Shown one piece after another: positions 1 to 13,411 of a stretch of DNA of 64,000 nucleotides. Source of the DNA: Octopus vulgaris (taxonomy: Eukaryota); NCBI GenBank assembly GCA_951406725.2, contig OX597814.1, positions 188,480,001 to 188,544,000 on the forward strand, written 5' to 3'. Under the pieces are notes generated by a model that saw nothing but the letters and a program-made list of their open reading frames with translations, had not been told where the DNA came from and ran no database searches. The position numbers and the translations under genes are program-made. Position 1 is the stretch's first letter; the number at the start of each line of letters is the position of its first letter.

Positions 1-387
1 AGAGAGACAGGCATAGACAGAGAGAAAGAAAGAAAGAGAGAGATAGTAGAATAATAAAGAGAAAAAATTCTTGGTACAGTATTATGTATATTTCAAAGAA
101 TGTGTAGAGATCACTTTTTTGAGGGGATAATTTTTTATTTTAATCTTAATAATAATAATAATGTTTACAGTGAGTTACTCTGGTATGAGTTTCAAACTTC
201 TCGTAGCCGTTTTCAAACTGAAAAATATATGTTTTACTGGCTGCTTAAATAACAAAATATTTTTTCTTACAAGTATACATACAAAAAAATATATACAGAA
301 AAGAGAAAAGAATATGAAAAAATCTAAAAAGGTATGAAAATATAAAATTTAAAAAATAAGGTATATACATATATATATATATATATA

Positions 388-784
388 TCTTTATATATAA
401 AAGTCAAGTTGTGTCTCTGTCTCCTACGATTTAGATTCCTAACTACTCGCACATTTTGCGGTGCAGTTTAACCAAAACCGGGTATCTTATAGTCGTGATT
501 CATATCGAGCCCTTCTGGGTATTAGCGCGCGTCTACGGTAAGACTACGATTTAAAAAAAAATTACCATCATTTTTTTCCATTTTAATGCATTTTTTCTCT
601 ATTATATAAGGAAAGTAACTCTCTAAAAATGTCTACGATGAATCAACGATTAAAAAAAAAATTACCATCATTTTTTTTTCCATTTTTAATGCATTTTTTT
701 GCTATTTTTTGGCTATAACTCTCTAAAAATGCTTATATAGTTATTTCCCTTACAAACCCGAGCAACGCCGGGCGATACTGCTAG
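388..784 (+). mobile_element. Non-autonomous Helitron-type element, copy 1
   Basis: Starts TCTTTATATATAAAAG after an A; ends with hairpin CCCGAGCAACGCCGGG then CTAG followed by T; no TSD; near-identical copies at 30332-30728(-) and 41838-42235(+). Confidence 0.8.
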
Positions 785-1481
785 TTCCGCCATTGCTTCT
801 TCCTCAAGGTATTTTGGCGCTTCTTTACCAAGTTATTTTGGCGCCCCTTCCTCTCACCCTCTTTACTTCTTTCTTTCTCTCTCTCTCTTGGTCATTTCTC
901 GGCCCTCCTCAATCCCCCTCTCTCTTTCTCTCTCACCTTCTTGCAACCTGCTGCTGCTAAGCCATTCCACTGCTGACAGCCGCTTGTACTACACGTGTCT
1001 TCTCTACCGAAAAGGTAACCGCTTCCCACGCTTGCTGATCAATTGTTTTGTCTCATTTTGTCTCAAAGTCGTAAGACGCCCCCGTATCATTCCTGTTTTT
1101 ATTCGTTACTGTTTCCAATTTTATCTTCGTCTCTTGTTTTCCTATTCGTCTCTGTTGTCACATTCTTTCCTTCTACCAAGCAAATCTAATGCCCATAGCT
1201 TAGCTTTTCCTTGGGGCTGGCCTTTTCGGAGCAAATCTCAGAATTAAACAGCCGAAATTTGCCATGATGAATCGGTTTCTGACTGAAGAATGAAGGCTCT
1301 GAATTACTGTCCGTTTTTCCGTGTTTGTCAATTCGTGAATTTCACGTTCTTTATATATAAGTTTTATTCTATATATATATATATGTGGTGCTATTAAGTA
1401 CCAGGTGGTGCTATTAAGTTAGACATGGCCTGGGCCAATAATGGCCGAAACCTATCAAAGTATCAATCAAAGTATCATATA

Positions 1482-1541
<60 letters not shown>

Positions 1542-1557
1542 ATACAAAAGACTGTGT

Positions 1558-1660
1558 GAAGAAGAAGAAGAAGAAGAAGAAGAAGAAGAAGAAGAAGAAG
1601 AAGAAGAAGAAGAAGAAGAAGAAGAAGAAGAAGAAGAAGAAGACGACGACGAAGAAAAAG
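1558..1660. repeat. (GAA)n microsatellite
   Basis: Long pure GAA run; explains the poly-K ORF. Confidence 0.95.
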
Positions 1661-2059
1661 AAGAAAAGGGAGAACGAGGAGGGGAAGAAGAAAACGAAGG
1701 AAGAAAGGAGGCGAAGAAGGAAAGGAGAAGAGAAATAATAAATTAAATCAAGAAAAATAAATATATAATAAAATAAGAAATGAAATAGAAAATAAAAAAC
1801 AAAGAAAGAAGATTAATAGTAATTGAGAACAGTGATGGGGAAGATTTAAGTCTATCAAGAATAACGAAATGTAAAATTTAGGAATGATTAGTATTCTAGT
1901 CTTCTTGTCAAAAGTTGACCTGTGTGGTGAGGTCACTTATTTAGTTCTCACAGGTGGGTAGCAAAAAATCTTTTGCTGTTTAAGCGAACCTCCAACGCCA
2001 CATACACACACACCAGCCCCTAGACTAGCAAAGACACCCACTCCTCCAACTGCGGTGCC

Positions 2060-2535
2060 CAAAGCCTTGTGAATGGATTTGGACGACGGAAACTGAAAGA
2101 AGCCCATCGATTATACGTATACATACATATATATATACATACATACATACATACGTACGTACGTATGCATGCATGCATGCATGCATGTATGTATGTATGT
2201 ATATATGCATGTATGTATGTATGTATGTATGTATGTATGTATGTATGTATGCATGCATGCATGTATGTATGTATATATGTATGTATGTGTGTATGTATGT
2301 ATGTATGTATGTATGTATGTATGTATTTGTGTGTCTATGCTTGTACCTCCACCATCGCTTGACAACCGATGTTGGTGTGCTTACGTCACCGTAATCTTGC
2401 GGTTCGGCAAAAGAGGCCGATAGAATAAGTACTAGGCTTACAAAAAATAAGTCATGGGTGGATATATTCAGCTAAAGGCGGTGCTCCAGCATGGCCGCAG
2501 TCGAATGACTGAAACGATTAAAAGAATAAAAGAAA
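2060..2535 (+). mobile_element. SINE family A, 5'-truncated, with expanded internal (TATG)n
   Basis: Matches body and tail of full copies (aaagccttgtgaatggatttgg ... ccagcatggccgcagtc ... aaaagaataaaaga). Confidence 0.85.
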
Positions 2536-2575
2536 AACATGATTTTTTCTTTAAAAACTGCAAAAGCATCACAAA

Positions 2576-2617
2576 AACTGCTACTCAGAGTTTCACTTTC
2601 CCGTTCGTCAGGCAGTT
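2576..2617 (-). ncRNA. Minimal type-I hammerhead ribozyme motif, canonical core
   Basis: Minus strand: AACUGC-CUGACGA-AC GGGAAA GU-GAAA-CUC U GAG-UA-GCAGUU. Stem I is 6 bp and all core residues are present. Homolog at 44971-45018. Confidence 0.75.
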
Positions 2618-2837
2618 GTGATCAAGAATGGAATAAAATTGTGATGGCACATGTAATGTATGATTCGATATAATCCAATTTGATGAATAAGCATTCGAAT
2701 TTAATTGGGTAATTTATTTTGAAAATATAAGCTCTGTTGTATTCGTTAAGAGTTGGGCTGGTCAGGGGAGTATAAATTGAACAATAAAATATGAATATAT
2801 CGTATGTACGCGTATGTGTGGACATGTGCATATGTAT

Positions 2838-3023
2838 AGGCGCAGGAGTGGCTGTGTGGTAATTAGTTTGCTTGCCAACCATACGGTTCCGGGTTCGGTC
2901 ACATTGCATGGCACCTTGGGCAAGTGTCTTCCAGTATAGCCTCGGGCCGACCAAAGCCTTGTGAGTGGATTTGGTAGACGGAAATTGAAAGTAGCCCGTC
3001 GTATAGATGTATGTATGTATATA

Positions 3024-3113
<90 letters not shown>

Positions 3114-3345
3114 GGCGTATATGTTTGTGTGTCTGTGTTTGTCCCCCCTACATCATTTGACGACCGCTGCTGGTATGTTTACGTCCCTGTAACTTAGCGG
3201 TTCGGCAAAAGTGACCGATAGAATAAGTATTAGGCTTACAAAGAATAAGTCCTGGGGTCGGTTTGCTCGACAAAAGGCGGTGCTCCAGCATGGCCGCAGT
3301 CAAATGACTGAAACAAGTAATAAGAGTAAAAGAGTAAAGGAGTAT
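2838..3345 (+). mobile_element. tRNA-derived SINE family A, full length
   Basis: Head ggcgcaggagtggctgtgtggtaa (A box), gggttcggtc (B box), ccttgggcaagtgtctt, internal (TA)n(TG)n, tail repeats aaagagt; about 20 copies in window. Confidence 0.9.
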
Positions 3346-3613
3346 ACATGAAAGCATATTCATATGTATATATATATATACACGTGAATGTATATGCGTG
3401 CGTATGTATGTGGATATCTGCTCGCCTATGTGTGTATTCGTATGCATACATGAAGATGTATGTATACTTAACAATGTGTATAGGCATGTATGTATTTGTC
3501 ATCTATCTATCTATCTATCTATCTATATATTTCCTAATGAAACTCGTTTTTTTCCCAGACTTTTTCTCAAACCTGCTATAATGTAATATATGTCTTTGGT
3601 GTGGTAATTGTAC

Positions 3614-3700
3614 GCGGCTGAAGAAGACTGTTGACCTACATGTTATATCAATTATGCATTGATATAAATTCTTCAATAAAGCCAGAAACATATGTACCGC
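3614..3700 (+). ncRNA. Type-I hammerhead ribozyme motif with long stem II
   Basis: GCGG-CUGAAGA-[about 60 nt hairpin incl. tatatcaat/attgatata]-GAAA-CAUAUG (palindrome)-UA-CCGC; core canonical. Confidence 0.7.
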
Positions 3701-4076
3701 AAAATCCTTTGCATCCTGTTTTTCTTTTGATAAATATATATATATATATATTGTTACAGATTTTTATGTTTGTGTGTGCATACATAACATAAACTCGTTA
3801 TTGAATTTTAAACTTAGAGACTATTTCAATCCATGGGCTTTAAAATTACGAAACAAACTTAAACCTTTATTATTTATTTATCATTAATTAATATATTATG
3901 GACATATATTACTCCTTTCTTCACTTTTCGATATACACAATCAATAGACGCAAGCGTGGCTCTTTGGTAACTAGCTTGCTTCCAAACCATACGGTTCATG
4001 GCACCTTGGGCAAGTGTCTTAGGGCCAACCAAAGCCTCTTCTGTGGATTTGGCACATGGAAACTAAAAGAAGACCT

Positions 4077-4118
<42 letters not shown>

Positions 4119-4121
<3 letters not shown>

Positions 4122-4580
4122 GTGTACATTTGAACACATAAGAGGTATCCACCATAGGAGTTCTTCCGCGCTAGAAGGGACAGCTAAAGTCCAAAACACT
4201 ATTAGGGATAAAATCTCGAAGGGAATGAAAAATAAAAACATTTACCATCTATCTTCTGGACCATGTTTAATCTAGGCGTACCTGTTGATGAAGTCTTCGC
4301 CTAGCAAATTATTTTATTTGGTAAAAAAAAGTCTGAAACCATGGTCCAGGAGATAGATGGTAAATGTTTTTATTTTTCATTCCCTTCGAGTTTTTATCCC
4401 TAATAGTGGTTTGGACTTTAGCTGTTCCTTCTAGCGTGAAAGCAAACCAAATGACGGATACCTCTTATGTGTTTAAATGTACACTGTATTTATACGAATA
4501 ATATATAGTCTATTGACTAATTTTTTTACACGCTAGGCCATAGGTAGTAAAAAATTCTAAAATCTTTATTACCCTGCTAT
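4119..4580 (+). mobile_element. Fold-back element (about 150-bp inverted arms) with hammerhead motif at the loop, bounded by (TA)n
   Basis: 4119-4268 is the imperfect reverse complement of 4336-4487; extra 3' tail runs to the (TA)n near 4581. Confidence 0.75.
4281..4350 (+). ncRNA. Hammerhead motif, C3U variant
   Basis: CCUG-UUGAUGA-AG...CU-GAAA-CCAUGG (palindrome)-UC-CAGG. Confidence 0.6.
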
Positions 4581-4611
<31 letters not shown>

Positions 4612-4760
4612 ATGTGTGTGTGTATGTATGTATGTATATATACACTTGATGTATATATGTATGCATTCATATTTATAATTCTATGTGTATGTATATGAAT
4701 ATGTGTATGTGCACGTGCCTCTGTGTTCGTATATGTTTGTATGTGTGTATAACATATATG

Positions 4761-4860
<100 letters not shown>

Positions 4861-5067
4861 CCTGCTCGCTTAGCCAGCGGGGTGGCGTCATTTGAAGGCT
4901 AAAACAATGCGAACCGCATTGTGACCAGCGATGTGTAGCAACATGCATAAAAATATATATATACAAACATACTTACATACATAAATACGAGTGCACGAAC
5001 GCATGCGCGCACACATACACGCTCACACACACACACACGCACACATGCATACACACACGCACACATG

Positions 5068-5141
<74 letters not shown>

Positions 5142-5578
5142 CGCGACTGTAGTAAATATCAGCAGTTTTTTTTCTCAATTTCATTTACCTAACAAGATAT
5201 TTTGTAGCATTCAGTTCTGATAATTCTAAATACCTAAGCCACTTTATTTTCACGTTTCAATAAAACATTTCAATTTATCCCTCCACTTTTCATTGATTTT
5301 CCTCCTCACATGCTTCTTCCCACAAGCATCTGATTAGGTGCAGAGATTATCTTCAGGTTTTGTTATCTTCAAGTTATCTCCAGGTTATCTTCAAGTTATC
5401 TTCAGGTTTTTGTTGCTATAAATCTCATATTTGACACTGTAATCCACTATCTCAAATAATTTGGAATCTTTTTCTTATTACTTTTGTATATTTATATATT
5501 TCTCTATTTAAATAACGTAATTATTGTTGAAATTCTCCGGAAACTAGTGCTAAGACGTTTCACTCTTATTTATCCTAG

Positions 5579-5624
<46 letters not shown>

Positions 5625-5635
5625 TGTATGTGGAT

Positions 5636-6022
5636 ATACTCTTTTACTCTTTTACTCTTTTACTTGTTTCAGTCATTCGACTACGGCCATGCTGGAGCAC
5701 CGCCTTTAGTCGAGCAAATCGACCCCGGGACTTATTCTTTTGTAAGCCCAGTACTTATTCTATCGGTTTCTTTTGCCGAACCGCTAAGTGACGGGGACGT
5801 AAACACACCAGCATCGGTTGTCAAGCAATGCTAGGGGGACAAACACAGACGCACAAACACACACATACATATACATATATATATACATATATACGACGGG
5901 CTTCTTTCAGTTTCCGTCTACCAAATCCACTCACAAGGCATTGGTCGGCCCGGGGCTATAGCAGAAGACACTTGCCCAAGATGCCACGCAGTGGGACTGA
6001 ACCCGGAACCATGTGGTTGGTT
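5636..6022 (-). mobile_element. SINE family A
   Basis: Reverse complement of family A; head truncated. Confidence 0.9.
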
Positions 6023-6396
6023 ATATCATTATATAATAACTTTTTGTCTGGTTTTACAAACACAGCCAGTACATGTTTTGTCGCCTAAATTTTTCCCGTT
6101 CTTATTTCACTTTACCCTTCCGCTAAATGAAGAAACAAAAAAGAAAAGGAAAAAAAAACCCTCTTAGAGTTGTCTAAGTATCTAAGAGTTATCTCCCTTA
6201 CTTAAATCTGTTCTTCAAAATTAAACTACAATTAACCATCCGTTAATCTTGACAACTTGATGTGCGTGTTTGTGTACGTATATGTGTGTATGTATGTATT
6301 TATGTAAGTATGCATGCATGTATGCATGCGCATAATACATACATACATACATACATACATTACACACGCACACGCACACGCACACACACAACGCAC

Positions 6397-6431
<35 letters not shown>

Positions 6432-6588
6432 TATCTGTTACCTGTTTCAGTCAGTGGACTGCAGCCATGCTGAGGCCCCGTCTTGAAGAATTATTAGTCG
6501 AGTGGCTCACTTCCAGAACATTAACAGTAAATCTTCTTACTTATTCTATCGGTCTTTCGCCGAACTGCTAAGTTACGGGCTGTGAATA

Positions 6589-7412
6589 CAGGATGTCCCA
6601 AAAGTAACTGATTAGTTTCAATTTTTAATAACTTCATTAACTTTATTAATAAATGCATGAAATTTTGATACAATATAAAGGACATAATGGAAATTAATAT
6701 GCATCAGTCAAAATTTGCAACACCACTACATCACATAAAAAATGACATCACTCAAATAGCTGCCATTTTCTGCTTCGCACGCCTGTACTCTTTCCAAAAC
6801 TTGCACCATAACACCCTCAAGAGTTTCAGACTGCACTTCACTGATTTCTCTATTGATGTTCTCCTTCTGTTGCACCAGGGTCTCCTGTTTGTTGACGTAA
6901 ACCCTCTCTTTCAGGAATCTTCACAAGAAAAATCCGGGCTAGTCAAGTCTGGAGTATGTGAAATCCATTCAAAGCAGACCTCACCCATGGTTCCAGCAAA
7001 ATGGGGCAACTGCTCATACTGCGAGAGAAACAATGCAGTTGCTATGGCAGTGCTTTGGGGAGAGAATAATCTCCTGTTACAGCAATGTCAATTGGCCTTC
7101 ACGTTCCCCAGTCTTGACTAGCCCGGATTTTTTCTTGTGGGGATAGCTGAAAGAGAGGGTTTACATAAACAAACCGGAGATTCTAGTGCAACTAAAGGAG
7201 AACATCAATAAAGAAATCAGAGAAGTGCAGTCTGAAACTCTTGAGGGTGTTATGGTGCAAGTTTTGGAAAGAATACGGGCGTGCGAAGCAGAAAGTGGCA
7301 GCTATTTGAGTGATGTCATTTTTTATGTGTGATGTAGTGGTGTTGCAAATTTTGACTGATGCATATTAATTTCCATTATGTCCTTTATATTGTATCAAAA
7401 TTTCATGCATTT
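6589..7412 (+). mobile_element. Tc1/mariner-derived fold-back (MITE-like) element containing the transposase C-terminus
   Basis: TA then CAGGATGTCCCA terminus; 6650-6963 is the inverted copy of 7098-7412; + strand reads WFQQNGATAHTARETM...WPSRSPVLTSPDFFLWG*LKERVY (DDE_3-type, rosa/maT-like motif set). Confidence 0.85.
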
Positions 7413-7414
7413 CA

Positions 7415-7455
<41 letters not shown>

Positions 7456-7789
7456 TCATTCAGAATCAGGTGAACGGCTTATATTACGATCCTCTTACTT
7501 CAACATAACTCCACCTCATTTTTTTTCCTTCTGACTACCCGCCATTATTTTACATTCTAGTGGCTGCTTAATTATTATAATTTATTTATATGTTTCTAAA
7601 TATGTTAACCAATACTTTGAGAAGCATTCTAAATAATGCAACAGAATTCATCATCACAATAAACTATATTATTTTACACTATTAATTTAGTATTTAGTGT
7701 TAAAAGTCTCCCCAAAATGCAAAAATTACATTTAACTGTTTGTAAATGATTGCATAGAAAATGTAGCACCAAAATGAATGCCAAAGGAA

Positions 7790-8715
7790 GAACAGTGTTC
7801 AACGAGAAGGAAAAAGAAAAAGGTGGGAAAAGTCAGTAATTATAGGCCTATTACATGCTTACCATTGCTCTAGAAATTTCTAACAGGTCTCTGATAAAAT
7901 TTACAGCATTTTGGAGAAAGTAAAACTGTTACCAGAAAAGCAAAAGGGCTGCAGAAGGAGAGCAAAGGGTACTGCAAATGTATTGTTTGTTGATAGAACG
8001 ATACTAAGAGAAATGCAAATAAAAATGGTGATAATAGTTGTTGGTTGGATAAGTTACAAGGAAGGATACAGTAATGAGTGGTCTTATTGGTTTTTGGAGT
8101 GTCTGAGGACCAACAAGACGCACTAGAGGATTAATAGTTTCTGGTGAGACTGAGGGAAGCCGAACTCAAATGTGGAAGGGAAATATTAGAAAATGTGAAA
8201 ACCCAGAGACAATTATTTAAGGGAAACTCAAGATTGTATTGATTCTTTTTGTCAGAGTGCTAAAAAAATTCAGACGTGTTTATGGACGTGCTAAGAAAAG
8301 TGGGGAAATATCATGCTATATAAATGGATGAGGTGAGCTGGCAGAAACGTTAGCACGCCGGGCGAAATGCGTAGCCGTATTTCGTCTGCCGTTACGTTCT
8401 GAGTTTAAATTCCACCGAGGTTGACTTTGCCTTTCATCCTTTCGGGGTCGATGAATTAAGTACCAGTTGAATTAAGTACTGAGGTCGATGAATTAAGTAC
8501 TGAGGTCGATATAATCGACTTAATCCGTTTGTCTGTCCTTGTTTGTCCCCTCTGTGTTTAGCCCCTTGTGGGCAGTAAAGAAATAGCTATATATATGGAT
8601 GACATTAAATTATGCATCAAATATGAAAGAGAAAACCTGAATTGTTTTCTTGTGACAGTAAGAATACTTAGCAATATTCAGCTTGGGACGAATAAGTGTA
8701 TAGTATAATTATGAA
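7790..8715 (+). pseudogene. Decayed R4/Dong-like non-LTR reverse transcriptase fragment, interrupted by a SINE
   Basis: Motifs SNYRPITCLP, PEKQKGCRR, WISYKEGYS (cf. WIDYKKAYDS), YMDD (tatatggatgac at about 8592); stops and frameshifts. Confidence 0.7.
8332..8585 (+). mobile_element. SINE family B with 17-bp TSD
   Basis: gagctggcagaaacgttagcacgccgggcg...gactttgcctttcatcctttcggggtcg...aagaaata; TSD gctata(t/a)atggatga-type at 8315-8331 and 8586-8602. Confidence 0.9.
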
Positions 8716-8717
8716 GG

Positions 8718-9027
8718 TGGAGGCACATGGCCCAGTGATTAGAGCAGCGGACTCGCGGTCGAGGGATCGCGGGTTCGAATCTCAGTACGGGCGATGTGCG
8801 TGTTTATGAGCGAAACACCTAAGCTCCACGCGGATCCGGCGGAAGGTAATGGCGAACTTCTGCTGGCTCTTTCGCCACAACTCTTTCTCTTACCCTTTCC
8901 TCCTGCATCTTGCAGCGAACCTGCCACGGACCGGCGTCCCGTCCATGTGGGGAACCTATACGCCAAGGAAACCGGCCCTTATGAGCGAGGCATGGCTCAA
9001 GAAGGCACAAACAACAACAACAACAAC
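8718..9027 (+). mobile_element. tRNA-derived SINE family D with TSD ataattatgaag
   Basis: tRNA-like head (tggcccagtgattagagcagcggactcgcggtc...gggttcgaatctc), (AAC)n tail, 12-bp direct repeat on both flanks. Confidence 0.85.
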
Positions 9028-9911
9028 ATAATTATGAAGAGAAGTCGAATAAATAGATATGATATGTTGAAGATACTACAAATATCATCAGATCACGGAG
9101 AGGTAAAGAGATATATAAGCATCCTCATCCATAATACGTGTATAATGTGATGCGAAATTGGTTTTGCGTTGGGTTGGTGTATAATGCACCTGATCGGAGT
9201 GCTTTCTTCACTTACTTTGAATACTATGCCTGTGATTCCGTGCATTCTGCCTGACCGACGGAAGAGATATGCCTTTACATACGAGCAAGAACTATTTGCA
9301 ATCGCTTTTTATGGACATGAGAAGTACAATATCTTTTGACTTTCGAGATACTTAAATGTTAACTTTACTGTCTCGCTATTCGCATTAACAGATGAGGTAG
9401 GAATACACATTTCTTTATCGCATAGTTAAGCAACTGCTTTTCCTACCAGCGAATTCATGTTTGGAGGTGCCTTTAGGGAAGAAGAGCGAGAATTGTACTG
9501 CAAGGGCTAGAATTGATCTGTTTATCACTCAAGTAATTTCTCTCGTTCATTCTTTTGCTTGGGAGTATACCTTTTGTTTTTTTGTGTTTTTACTGTGAAT
9601 TGTGTCGTTTAAATTGTTCAAAATAAAGTTGTTGCTATCAGTCGAAAAACTTTATATAATTTTCTTGAGAAATACGTATAATCTTCTGGGTCGGACCAGA
9701 TAAGAGTTGGTGGGAAGGGGTCGCGAGTAGGGTGTTAACACTCGCTGAGAAAGTTGGTTGGAAATGGTATGCTTGTCTGCAAATTACTGCATAATGAAAT
9801 GATGCACTATACATATCTACATACATACATATATGCATACATACATACACACATACATACGCACGTACATAATACGTACATATATACATAGACACATACA
9901 TACATGCATAC

Positions 9912-9972
<61 letters not shown>

Positions 9973-11861
9973 AATATATGGTAAAGATAGATGTGTGTGT
10001 GTGTGTTTGAGAGCGTAAGTGAGTTGTGAAAAGGCATTATTTATCACAATTTCTTTAGAGAAGACACTAGTTTTTCAACGGAATATGTCACTTTTGATTA
10101 AATTATACATTTTATTTTCCTTCCGCCACTAAATTCCGCTTGCTAAATAGGCAATGTTCTTACCACCACCTGCACCGCCAAAACAAATAAATATAAATAA
10201 GCATACATGTATGTATGTATGTATGTATGTATGTATGTATGTATGTATGTATGTATGTATGTATGTATGTATGTATGTATAGTTATTGCTACAGCTTGGT
10301 TATTCTTCTCAACCTTTCACCTCTTCTCTTTTGGACATTGAAACATTACGTAATTTTCTATCAGCAATTAGTGATGGCATCTCACTTTTCGTTATCAAGC
10401 ATTTCCTCTTGAATTACTTTCTGCTTGTATGATACAAAATTTCGTAATTTGTGAAACATGGAACTATGAAACTGAGTAACATCATAAAAATAAAGAGATT
10501 TTTCGTTTATTTATTACCTATTCGAAAATTCTTCTGCAATATTTAAATTGAAATAAAGAAGAAACATATAGTTATCTCCAAACTAAAGACTTAGTGATAT
10601 CATTTGTATGATATATAATTTGTGATTAAATCTCTGAATTTTTTTTTATTCTTTCTCGTAATATTTCTTTTTCTTAATCTACATAAATACACAATTACAG
10701 ACAGTGTCAGTCTTTGCAGAGAACAAGATGTTAGGAAAAAATTCGGTGGATTCTTGCCAAAGATTTATCACGTCAATTAATCGTACGCAATGACCTCTTC
10801 TTCTGCATTCTTCAGTAATGGTCTGTCGAAAACCTATTCTATACATCTTCTTTATCCTATTTAAGGCTTTCATATTTCTGCGGTTCTGACTACTTCTTCA
10901 TCAATAAACTTCAGTTTATATAATACAAATCCTTTTCCCTGTTACCAAATATCATCTGCATACGCCTCCATTTAAATGATGATAAATGTTTCAAATACGT
11001 TTTTTCTTCAGTTCTGTATGATAATCGTCAAAGGATCATACGATCTTTACTTGGTATAATGAATGCTCTTCATTGATATTTACCTTCAAAGCCAAATTTC
11101 CTACAAGCGCAGATAGATTGCTACAATTGTAAAAATTTAAAAACTTTGAGAGGTGAGAAATAAATCGTTTTTAAAGATGGAACTCGAAGTAGATAAAGTT
11201 ACAAATAATAGCGTGTAGAATATTGGAATTTTCCCTTGCATGGAAAACAGCGAAAGCTGCCCCTAAGAATCTAACCCGTATCTTCTGTAGATATGACAGA
11301 TGTTCTACCAGTGTACCAATGCAGTCCTTCAAATTTTCTCATCCATTTAGAAGTTTCGTTTTTACGAGTTTCTAAAATGGACTAAAAAAAATTCTAAAGA
11401 TTGCTTTGGTATTCTGGTAGAGTGTATGTTATGTCTATAGAACAGGTTCTAGTCTCAACCTTCAATTTTTTAGACGCAACTTTCAATTTTTTCCATCCAG
11501 GGGTTCGTTTTAACCCAATGTTTTACACGTTATTATATATAGCTTTACCTATTTCAAGTGATATATACATAGATATGAGTGTGTATGTATGTATGTATGT
11601 ATGTATTATGTATGTACGTATGTATGTATATATCTATGTGTGTGAGTGTATGTATGTATGTGCGTATGTATATGTGTGTGTGTGCATATTATACACACAC
11701 ATTTGTGTATGTGCATACATGCATACACACATATATGTGTGTATGCGTGTGAGTGTGTGTGCGTTTGTGTACACGTGTGTGTGTGTGTGTGCGTTTGTGT
11801 ACACGTGTGTGTGTGTGTGTGTGTATGTGTGTGTGTGTGTATGTGTGTGTGTGTGTATGTT

Positions 11862-11911
<50 letters not shown>

Positions 11912-12019
11912 TGTAAACATATTATATATATGTATTCTGAGTCCTTAGTAGCAAAAAATTAAGTTCTGAAAATGAAACGTTTCATCTAAACCGAATCCGT
12001 CAGTTCAACCACCCATCTT

Positions 12020-12570
12020 AATAGCCCAATATTCAGGTAAATCTTTTAAGGGCAGACTCCTCCGACACAGCCTTCGGAAGTTTGAATGAAAAACAACCGT
12101 CTAAAAATGTCCCCAGATCCCCGGGAGAACCAAACCGATGCTATGGGTATTATCCAATCATTTTGATTATTGCCTACCTCTAGTTCCTCCGCCGGTTGGC
12201 CTTGCCCGTAAAATGTTCTTCAAACATTCTAATTAATCACTTACCTGAAGAATCGAACTGTGACCGCTTAATGCGAAAAAGTAGTGTCTTAACTGAAAAA
12301 TATTCCCTGATCTCAAAGCTACACATTCAATTGAATAATGTTACTGAAGCGACCTTTCTGAGGAACATCGTTTCAGTTTCTTATATTCACAACCGTGCTG
12401 TTTCGCTAATGATAGGGAAGAAACTTGAATTGATGAAAGTATCCTTGGTTTTATCACCAACTTCCCTTCTGATGTGATGACCGACGACCAAAACTGGTGC
12501 GTTGTTGTAGCTATGCTGACAATACTTGCATCTAATTCAGTCTCCTGTTTTCCATCAATGATAAAAATGG
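12020..12570 (-). pseudogene. RTE-clade LINE ORF 3' fragment (decayed)
   Basis: Minus-strand peptides ETMFLRKVA, SFEIREY, LFRIKRSQ, IRM, ARPTGGGTRGR resemble the RTE C-terminal EMxFLR...IRE...RW.GH..RM...R.RGRP region. Confidence 0.6.
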
Positions 12571-13411
12571 CCCCGGAGTGAGTGCCCGCCTTACAAATAG
12601 CCTCTATTCTGGTTGTATCTACTTGTTGTTGATTCTACCACTATAAAATAGCTTTACTTCAAATTATTGTCTTGCTTTCTACGTAGTTCAATATATTTTG
12701 GTTCAAATATTCTCATAAGTGCTCTGGACAAAATATCCAAACAAACTGGTTCCAAGGTACAAAGTTCCTATTTTAAACCCCAAAGAAGCTCTTTTTTTCT
12801 TTTTAGTATTATACGCATCAGCCAAAAATTCTCACTACATTCAATTATCTAAATCTCGTTATCTAAATTAAAACCAACATTATTCTTTTCACATATGAAC
12901 TTCCCAATTAATGAGCTTTAATACTTCAAGCGCCATTAACTGCGTCTTAGTAGTTTGTTAACTTTCCGCAGGTCTTTATAGTCTGTGAAAACAGTAATTC
13001 CTTACCTCAAAAAACATGCAAAGAATGAAACGCGAAATTCTTCTCCCATAATCTGTAGTATCATACAAAATGAATAGCATTCCAGTGCTATATCTTATTA
13101 AGATTCCGGTCTAATTGTTTAGATCTGCTGCGTTCACGTCTCAAAGATACCAGCAGACAATCAGGAATGTTATCCAATGATAAAAAGGAAAATATAAACT
13201 TAAGATTATTATTCTACCTTCCTCAACGCATGATTGCTTTCCGCTTTATAAAAAGTACATACAACACACGAGGAATGTGCAGCTTCTAAGAAATCTCTTT
13301 GTGATCATTGGTTTCATATAAGAATTGCAAAGTATGAGCCGTTTCCCTTAAGTGATTAACTGCTTCCTGTATTCCCCCTTTTACTTCCTAAATGATGAAT
13401 GATATATACCC

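Noticed and set aside
8718-8795. tRNA-like sequences at SINE heads
   Set aside because: Continue into SINE bodies with TSDs and lack a proper acceptor stem; not tRNA genes.
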